This document shows positions 57,382 to 64,000 of a stretch of DNA of 64,000 bases, piece by piece. Positions within the stretch are counted from its first letter, which is position 1. Each line of letters opens with the position of its first letter. Position numbers and translations under genes: made by a program. A model generated the notes under the pieces. The model saw only the letters and a program-made list of their open reading frames with translations. It ran no database searches and was not told the origin of the DNA. The DNA is from an uncultured delta proteobacterium (lineage in GTDB: Bacteria > Desulfobacterota > Binatia > UBA9968), in contig CAVUVW010000008.1 in assembly GCA_963745035.1 (NCBI GenBank), positions 25,227 to 89,226 of the forward strand. Direction: 5' to 3'.

Positions 57382-57476
57382 GATTGTTATCCTTTACTGA
57401 TCGCCTGGTGAGTTTTGAGGTAGCCCTCCTCCGTTTGATTTGGCTTATTTCACCTTTCAACCGGAAAGAAAAGACG

Positions 57477-58670
57477 ATGACCAAGCGCGCCGCATCGTTG
57501 CACTCTTCACCGCGGGACGATAACACTGGGCAGAATATTGGTTTCGGGAGAATTCCGGTGGAAACGTTCGATGTAGATTCCCACGTAGAAGAGTCGGCGC
57601 AAACGTGGAAATATCTCGATGCAAAATTTGCCCGGCGCCGACCGATTCCAGTCACCCTCGAAGATCAACCCGCGCTTTTGGGACAGAATTCTTTCTGGCT
57701 TATCGACGGTGGCGTGGTTCCGCGCACAAGCGGCAAAGGATTGTCGCTGTTCGGGACACCCGCGACCTCTCGCCACGCCAGGGAAAAACCCTTTTCGATC
57801 GGCAGTCAGGAGTTGACCGATATGGAGGCGAGAATTCGCGATCTCGATAGATTCGGCATCGACACGCAGATCATCAATTCCACGCTCCTGAACGCCACCC
57901 TCTCGCCCGACGTCGAATTCGAGTATGCGCTCTGCCGCGCCTACAATACCTGGGTTCATGAAATCTGCGAGCAAAGCTTCGGCCGGCTCAGGTGGAACGC
58001 CATGCTCCGGCTGACGCATATCGAAAGGGCGTTGAAGGAGCTGAGGCGCGTCGAAGCGCTTGGCGCGGCAGCGGCCGAGATTCATGGTATGGCCGGCGAT
58101 AAACTTCTCGATAGCCACGAGTTCGACCCGTTTTGGTCGGAAGCGGAGCAATTGAACATGCCCGTTTACGTCCACATAGGTTTTGAAAGCCCCACCTTCA
58201 CTGGACTCTTTCAGAATCTTTTCATGTCGATTGCGTTTTCGAACCGAGCATCGCTGCTGATGGGGTTTCTCGCCATCGTGGGCACGGGAGTCGCCGAGCG
58301 CTTTCCCCGTCTGCGTTTCGCTTTTGCCGAAGCGGGGGTCGAATGGCTGCCGTGGCTCACGCATGTCATGGACTCTTACTGGCGCATGGGGCAGGGCATC
58401 TTTAACAACGACCCCGGCTTCGGCCATTCGCAAACCAAGCCCAGCGAGATCCTTCGCGAAGGCAACTTGTACGTTATCTGCGAAGAAGACGAGGACCTAC
58501 GCGAGCCACTCAAGTTGATCGGTGAAGACCGAATCATGCTCGGTTCCGATATGCCGCACTCGGAAAGCCACCCCAATTCTTTTCAAAAATTCCAGGAACG
58601 AAGCGACTTGAGCGCTACAACAAAAGCCAAGATTCTAAACGACAATGCCAGGCGGTTTTTCTCACGTTGA
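57477..58670 (+). CDS. Amidohydrolase_2 family protein
   Basis: DVDSHVEE, RAYNTW, YVH, EAGVEW, GSDMPH, DNARRF. Confidence 0.88.
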   Translation: MTKRAASLHSSPRDDNTGQNIGFGRIPVETFDVDSHVEESAQTWKYLDAKFARRRPIPVTLEDQPALLGQNSFWLIDGGVVPRTSGKGLSLFGTPATSRHAREKPFSIGSQELTDMEARIRDLDRFGIDTQIINSTLLNATLSPDVEFEYALCRAYNTWVHEICEQSFGRLRWNAMLRLTHIERALKELRRVEALGAAAAEIHGMAGDKLLDSHEFDPFWSEAEQLNMPVYVHIGFESPTFTGLFQNLFMSIAFSNRASLLMGFLAIVGTGVAERFPRLRFAFAEAGVEWLPWLTHVMDSYWRMGQGIFNNDPGFGHSQTKPSEILREGNLYVICEEDEDLREPLKLIGEDRIMLGSDMPHSESHPNSFQKFQERSDLSATTKAKILNDNARRFFSR

Positions 58671-58675
58671 TTCCG

Positions 58676-59467
58676 ATGCAGCTTGACGGAAAAGTGGCGG
58701 TCATCACCGGCGCCGGCCGCGGCATCGGCAAAGCCATGGCGATCGGCTTCGCTCGCGAGGGCGCCGACATCGTCGCCGTATCCCGAACCCTGGCTCAGGT
58801 CGAAGAAACTGTGCGCCAGGTGAAGGCGTCGGGGAGGCAAGCGCTCGCGATTGAAGCCGACGTCTCTCGCTTGAATGACGTCCGTTCCATGGCCGAACAG
58901 CTGCAACATCGCTTCGGTGGTTTGGATGTGCTGGTGAATAATGCCGCGTTGCGCATGAACCAATTGGGGAGGAAAGACAGTTACACCATTCCGTTTACCG
59001 AGCTCACCATCGAGGATTGGGACAACGCGATCAATGTCAATTTGCGCGGGCCGTTTCTCTGCATTCGCGAGCTTCTGCCGCTCATGCTTAAACGCGGCGG
59101 CGGCAGCATCATCAATATCTCCGCCGGCGGCGGCAAAAGAGGAATGGCGGGAAGATCGCCCTACTGCGCTTCAAAATTCGCGCTGGAAGGGCTCACGCAG
59201 TCGCTGGCGTTGGAGTTTCGATCTTTAAATGTAGCGGTCAATTCATTGTCGCCGGGAAAGCATTCGATTTTCACCGATGAGGAGAAGAGGGAACAACTAA
59301 AAGGCAACCCCGAGCGCGTGTTCATGAGGCCTGAGATGATGGTGCCGCCGGCCGTTTTTCTGGCACTTCAGAACGGTTCCGGTGTTACCGGCCAGCATGT
59401 CGAAGCCTTGGAGTGGATCGCGCAAAACGGTTTAGGAAGAATAGAAGATTGGAAAGTCGAAGTCTGA
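58676..59467 (+). CDS. Short-chain dehydrogenase/reductase
   Basis: TGAGRGIG, NNA, YCASK. Confidence 0.92.
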   Translation: MQLDGKVAVITGAGRGIGKAMAIGFAREGADIVAVSRTLAQVEETVRQVKASGRQALAIEADVSRLNDVRSMAEQLQHRFGGLDVLVNNAALRMNQLGRKDSYTIPFTELTIEDWDNAINVNLRGPFLCIRELLPLMLKRGGGSIINISAGGGKRGMAGRSPYCASKFALEGLTQSLALEFRSLNVAVNSLSPGKHSIFTDEEKREQLKGNPERVFMRPEMMVPPAVFLALQNGSGVTGQHVEALEWIAQNGLGRIEDWKVEV

Positions 59468-59487
59468 ATCTTTCCGAGGGAGGAAAA

Positions 59488-60060
59488 ATGCCGATCAAAA
59501 TTTACAAAGAAAAAATGGAATATCTGGATAGGGCATTGGCGGAGCTGCCGCAAAAATCGGACCCCAAGGATTATCGCTCGACGCCGAATGTGACGATTAC
59601 GTGGGTGGAGAACTGCTCGGGAAAAACCAAGATCAGGGATCAGGAACTGATTTCCGACGAGAACGCGCACAGCACAGGATTCGGCAAAGGAGTGAGCCCC
59701 GGACATACGTTTTTGGCCGGATTCGGCTTCAGCCACTTTACTCAGTGGGGGCGCGCGGCCGGCGTGCTCGATCTAGAAATCGATTCTTTGGAAGAGCAGG
59801 TGCGGGGCTGGTTCGACCGCCGCGGCGAGTATCTTTACGACTTGGGGTACGAGCACAAGGGGTTCGAGGAAATTACTTTCGAGGTGAAGATCCAGAGTAA
59901 AGAAAGCGAAGAGAAGATTCGCGAATTTATCAAGTGGGCCGATCGCTCGCCGCCGCACGCGACCTTGCGCCGGGCGGTGCGCTTGATCGGCATCTTTCAT
60001 CTAAATGGAAAACGTCTTACGACGGCCGTGTATCACCCGGATCGGACGAAGTGGCGATAG
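59488..60060 (+). CDS. OsmC-like family protein
   Basis: ISDE...G.G.SP...LAG.G, L.IDSL, F..I.FEV.I.S.ES.EKI, SP..ATL pattern; RBS GGAGG. Confidence 0.65.
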   Translation: MPIKIYKEKMEYLDRALAELPQKSDPKDYRSTPNVTITWVENCSGKTKIRDQELISDENAHSTGFGKGVSPGHTFLAGFGFSHFTQWGRAAGVLDLEIDSLEEQVRGWFDRRGEYLYDLGYEHKGFEEITFEVKIQSKESEEKIREFIKWADRSPPHATLRRAVRLIGIFHLNGKRLTTAVYHPDRTKWR

Positions 60061-60068
60061 CGGAAACC

Positions 60069-60145
60069 GTTCAACAGTTCAAACGTTCAACGGTTCAACG
60101 ATTTGAACGGAGCGCCAGCGATTGAACGGCTTGAACGTTTTGAAC
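60069..60145. repeat. GTTCAA/TTGAAC inverted periodic repeat
   Basis: GTTCAA at 60069/60077/60085/60093; TTGAAC at 60103/60122/60131/60140. Confidence 0.9.
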
Positions 60146-60147
60146 TT

Positions 60148-61023
60148 CTAAGAGTTTCGCCCGATGAAGCTCCGCAGCATTTCATTGAACTCCGCGGGAT
60201 GCTCTCTGTACGAGAAGTGGCCCGCGCGATTGAAAATATACATTCGCGAGTCGTGCGTGTTCCGGGCAATCAGATCGAACAACGCATGACCTTGATCGAT
60301 CGTCGCCGTGGGGTCGTTGTACGACCAGGCGAGCAGTGTCGGTTTGCCTAGGCCGCGGTCGCGAATCATGCCCAGGGTTTCGTCTTTTTGCCTGGCGAGG
60401 TGCGGCAGGAAACGATTGATCCTGAGACCCGCTTCCTCCATCTTTCTCACGGCCTCTTGATATTTGGGCAGCGCGGCCACGCGCATCATCGCATCCACCC
60501 ATTCTTCGGTAATGTGTTCATAGCCGAAGGAGTACCTCTGCAGCACCCAGCGTTGACTCTCACGGCTGAGGCGCGGCAGCGGCGGATTGGCCATGACCGT
60601 CTCGTTCTTGCTGATGCCGGGCGCCAAAGTATTGGTATCGACAAGGATGCAGGTTTTGAACAGCTCCGGATGTTCCAATATCAGGCGGGCCACCAAGTAG
60701 GCGCCGCGCGAATGCCCTACGGGATGAACATTGCGCAGTCCCAGCGTTTTTAAAAAGCCATAGGCGTGCTGCACCACCGCAGCCATCGTATAGTCCTCGT
60801 CGCGCTTGGGATTATCGGTGAATCCCTGGCCGATTTTATCGACCGCAAAGACATGAAACCGCTCCGCCAGTCCGTCGAAATTCAAGCTCCAGTCCTCGCT
60901 GCAATCCGCGGCATCGTGAGAGCCAAAATTACCGCCATGAAATAAGACTACGATAGGCCCGCTGCCTTTCTCGAAATAACGGGTCTTGATGCCGTCGACG
61001 TCAATGTATTTTTCTCCGGTCAT
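60148..61023 (-). CDS. Alpha/beta hydrolase (meta-cleavage product hydrolase-like)
   Basis: FHGG, DKIGQGFTD, GHSRGA, AGHFSYREHP. Confidence 0.88.
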   Translation of the reverse strand: MTGEKYIDVDGIKTRYFEKGSGPIVVLFHGGNFGSHDAADCSEDWSLNFDGLAERFHVFAVDKIGQGFTDNPKRDEDYTMAAVVQHAYGFLKTLGLRNVHPVGHSRGAYLVARLILEHPELFKTCILVDTNTLAPGISKNETVMANPPLPRLSRESQRWVLQRYSFGYEHITEEWVDAMMRVAALPKYQEAVRKMEEAGLRINRFLPHLARQKDETLGMIRDRGLGKPTLLAWSYNDPTATIDQGHALFDLIARNTHDSRMYIFNRAGHFSYREHPAEFNEMLRSFIGRNS

Positions 61024-61126
61024 GTGTTTTCCCTCCCTTTGCGTGACAATGGGACGATCGCTCCCATGCCGACGCCTAGCACCGCGCCACCGACGCCGTC
61101 AAGGAATGATCAGATTGCTCCAGTGA

Positions 61127-61248
61127 TGGAACATCTGGAACGATTGGAACCATGTTTTCAACGGCTTGAACGGAGCGGAGCGGTTGAACGGCTTGAACGT
61201 TTTGAACGACGGGCCGGTGTTTGGCTTGAACATTTGAACATTTTGAAC
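61127..61248. repeat. Extended TTGAAC/TGGAAC repeat array
   Basis: About ten TTGAAC/TGGAAC units, mostly 9-nt period, with a GGAGCGGAGCGG core. Confidence 0.88.
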
Positions 61249-61274
61249 AAAATGTTTTAAGACCGAGTCAGATC

Positions 61275-62363
61275 ATGAACGGTGCCCTGCAACAGGTTGA
61301 ATGGGAGTCGCCGCTGGTCGAGCCCTTTCCAGACCCGGCGTTACAGTCCTACGTCCGGCGCAGGTGGGGGCTTCCGAACCCGACGATCGCTTACTTCGCG
61401 TCCGTTCCCTGGATGGCGCGGGCAGTAGTCGATCTCCATCCCGAGTACGGGCTGCTCATGCACCTCGATCAAGCGGCCGCGGACCTCGTCGTGCTGGTGG
61501 TCAGTCAGGAGAACTCGTGCCGTTTCTGCTACGCTGCCGTGCGCGCGTTATTGTGGGCTCAGGGAATGTCCTGGGCGCGTATCCAGCGTATGGAACAGGA
61601 CCTGACGCGGGCCGATCTGCCGCCGCGGACCATGGCGGCGGTCGCCTTCGCGCGCAGCCAGTCGCGCTCGGGTCCTGCAGCAGCGCGGGCTGCCCGGGAG
61701 GCTCTACTTCGTGCGGGCTTGGGGATCGACGAGATGAAAGAGATCGCGTTCACAGCGGCATTGACAGACTTCAACAACCGCGCCCATACGATTCCCGCGA
61801 TCCCTGCGTATCCCATCGAGAGCATGCCCGATCGCTTTCCCGTGCGGCTGCTCCGGCCCTTGCTCGGTCTGATCGTTAAAAGACATCGTTATCGCGGGCA
61901 GCCCACCGTATTGGACGCTGTGCCGTCCTATGCTTACGGCCGGCTCGTGGAAAGCTACACGGGTTCTCCGATCGGCGCGCTATTGGCGCGAACGCTCGCC
62001 GAGATGTGGGCCTCTCCCCATCTCACGCGACGCTGCAAACTTCTAATGATCGCCGTCATCGCGCGCGGGCTCGGGTGCGAGCTCTGCGCGCCGGAAGTGA
62101 GTGAAGCTCTCCGGAGAGAAGGATTGAAAGAATCGACGATCGCCCATGTCCTGACTCATCTCGACGCGCCCGAGCTCGACCCGATCGAGCGGCTGCTCGT
62201 GCCGTTCGCTCGCGAAACGATCTGGTATGAGCCGGCGCCGCTCCAGCGCCGCGCCCGTATGCTCCGCGACCGCCTCTCGGGCACGCAGCTCCTCGAGGCC
62301 ATCGGCGTGGCGTCGCTCGCCAATGGGCTCTGCCGCATGGGCGCGACGGTGCTAAACCAATGA
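61275..62363 (+). CDS. Duplicated AhpD/CMD-like protein with two CxxC motifs
   Basis: LVVSQENSCRFC and VIARGLGCELC, each followed by AhpD-like helices. Confidence 0.75.
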   Translation: MNGALQQVEWESPLVEPFPDPALQSYVRRRWGLPNPTIAYFASVPWMARAVVDLHPEYGLLMHLDQAAADLVVLVVSQENSCRFCYAAVRALLWAQGMSWARIQRMEQDLTRADLPPRTMAAVAFARSQSRSGPAAARAAREALLRAGLGIDEMKEIAFTAALTDFNNRAHTIPAIPAYPIESMPDRFPVRLLRPLLGLIVKRHRYRGQPTVLDAVPSYAYGRLVESYTGSPIGALLARTLAEMWASPHLTRRCKLLMIAVIARGLGCELCAPEVSEALRREGLKESTIAHVLTHLDAPELDPIERLLVPFARETIWYEPAPLQRRARMLRDRLSGTQLLEAIGVASLANGLCRMGATVLNQ

Positions 62364-63182
62364 CCGAACCCTTCGTCGTCGTTGCACTGCTGGTGGGCTT
62401 AGTGGGACTCGCCGTCGCGAGCTATCGCCAATGGCGGCAGAACCGGACGCTCAAGGCCCAGCTCGAAGCGCTCGCCACCGACCTTCAGCATCTCCAGCAA
62501 TCCTGCGCGCGGCTGGTTCCTGCCGGCGTGCTGCAGCACCTCATCGCCGACGGCGTGAAGTCGGGCATCGAGGCGGCGGCCCCCGAGCGCAAAGTGGTGA
62601 CCGTTCTGTTCGCCGATCTCGTCGGTTCCACCGCGATGAGCGACCGGCTCGAGCCGGCCGTCCTGGCGCGTGTGCTCAACGGCTACTTTCAGCGCATGAG
62701 CGATGCCATCCACGAGCACCGCGGCCATGTCGCCCATTTCCTAGGCGACGGCATCGTCGCCTATTTCGGCGCGCTGCAACCCAATCCGTGGCAGTGCAAC
62801 GATGCCGTGCGCGCGGCCCTTGCCATGCGCACAGCCCTCCGCGAATACAATGTCGAGCTAGAGCGCGAGGGGCTGCCGTCACTTGCTCTCGGCATCGGCA
62901 TCGACCGCGGGTCTGGGACTTGTCGGCCTGGTCGGCTCGCGCGAGCGGATGGAATACGACTTCGTCGGACGCACCGTGAACGTGGCCGCGCGCGTGCAGA
63001 CGCTCACGCGCATCCATCAGGCGGACATCCTCGTCACCGAGGCGCTACGCGCCGAGCTCGACGCGCGCTTCGTGCTCATGCCCATGCCCGCCGAATTCGT
63101 AAAAGGGATCGCCGACCCCGTGGTCACCTACGCCGTGCGTGAAGGTCCATCGGCCGCCGCTCCATCGCCTGAAGACAGATGA
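62360..63182 (+). CDS. Class III adenylate/guanylate cyclase with N-terminal TM helix (frameshift ~62910)
   Basis: VLFADLVGST, FLGDG, GIGI, then YDFVGRTVNVAARVQ and VKGI in ORF 62883..63182. Confidence 0.88.
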
Positions 63183-63192
63183 CCGCCGAGAA

Positions 63193-63292
63193 ATGGAAAT
63201 GCTTGAAATCATCTCCGTGCTTTCAACGTTTTGAACGGACCCCGGACTCGATCCGGGGGATTGAACGGCTTGAACGTTTTGAACAATTGGAA
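63193..63292. repeat. TTGAAC repeat family copy with internal hairpin
   Basis: TTGAAC units flanking CCCCGGA-CTCGA-TCCGGGG. Confidence 0.8.
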
Positions 63293-63327
63293 GTAGTTTC
63301 GATGCAAGGCCCATAGAGGATTGCGTT

Positions 63328-63891
63328 TTATCGTGCGGGTGCCTTCGCGTTAACCTCCCATAAATAGAGCGTGTGAAGCCTTTCGATGTCGGGGTCCTTC
63401 CCCGGCTCGAGAGTTACAACCCGCGTAGGCTTCCAGTCGTCGATATCATAATCATGAGCCACGATCCGGGATCCCGGTTTGAGTTTCTGTAGCTTGGATC
63501 GAATCGCATTGTTGAACCATTTAAACATGTAGAGCGTGACTACCGTTGCCTTGGAAATATCCGTTTGGGTCCCGTCTTCCGCGCGAAATTCGAGCAGATG
63601 GCTGACCCCTTCCTCTGTGGCCTTTTGTTTAGCCTCCGCTATGCGTTGCGGGTCCAAATCAATTCCGATGCCTCGCGTGCCATATTTTTTCGCGGCATGA
63701 ATGAGGATCCGTCCATCGCCGCAGCCCAGGTCGTATATTACGTCGCCTTTCCTGACTCCAGCCAGTTCGAGCATACGCTCAACAACCGGCATCGTCGTGG
63801 GCACAAACGGGATGGGCTCTTGTGACCAAACCGTGGAGTTATTCAAAACGAATAGTAAAGCTAAGAATGATGCGATTTGCTTGAGCTTCAA
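63328..63891 (-). CDS. Class I SAM-dependent methyltransferase with signal-peptide-like N-terminus
   Basis: PFVPT, YDLGCGDGRI, ATVVTLY, LKPGSRIVAHDY. Confidence 0.88.
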   Translation of the reverse strand: MKLKQIASFLALLFVLNNSTVWSQEPIPFVPTTMPVVERMLELAGVRKGDVIYDLGCGDGRILIHAAKKYGTRGIGIDLDPQRIAEAKQKATEEGVSHLLEFRAEDGTQTDISKATVVTLYMFKWFNNAIRSKLQKLKPGSRIVAHDYDIDDWKPTRVVTLEPGKDPDIERLHTLYLWEVNAKAPAR

Positions 63892-64000
63892 GTGGCCACC
63901 TTTCAGTCGTAAAATTTCGTTCTCATCTGTTCAGAATCGCATGAAATGTCAAGCCACCCGTGAGTTTGATTCAGCGTGAGTTTGTTTCGTTGGAGAATTC

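Noticed and set aside
61127-61248. TTGAAC arrays as a CRISPR array
   Set aside because: Units are 6-9 nt with 2-3-nt linkers, not 23-47-nt repeats with unique spacers, and there are no cas genes.
61024-61260. ORFs encoding ERLERFER / MEYWS / TKHTK-type peptides (also 9450..9719, 2237..3022, 60103..60351)
   Set aside because: These are translations of the intergenic repeat arrays, with no RBS or family signal.
63959-63984. Direct repeat CGTGAGTTTG x2 at the window end
   Set aside because: Only two 10-nt copies with truncated context; cannot distinguish a binding site from chance.

Overview
GC-rich bacterial chromosomal window with about 60 CDS and no rRNA, tRNA, CRISPR array or intact transposase that I can see. 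The content is many orphan SsuA/NMT1-like and TAXI solute-binding proteins, amidohydrolase_2, UbiD, MetE-like, VOC, GST, MFS and ThDP enzymes. Together with the intergenic repeat style, this resembles uncultured Candidatus Binatia / 'Deltaproteobacteria' genomes (inference only). About a dozen genes carry single-base frameshifts, several in homopolymers, most simply explained by long-read assembly error. Most notable is a translationally coupled four-gene operon at 24264-27017: a nucleotidyltransferase-fold protein, a TIGR04222-type membrane protein ending in a 33-aa Gly/Ser/Cys tail, a DUF692 (MNIO) enzyme and an 84-aa helical protein. It looks like an uncharacterised RiPP-like modification system acting on a membrane protein, and sits next to a molybdate ABC locus. 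Other highlights: a double-CxxC AhpD-like protein coupled to a membrane-anchored class III nucleotide cyclase (61275-63182), a metacaspase next to an EEP nuclease (33111-35435), a ~39-aa in-frame insertion in a quinone oxidoreductase, and several families of intergenic inverted repeats built from 7-9-nt periodic units.
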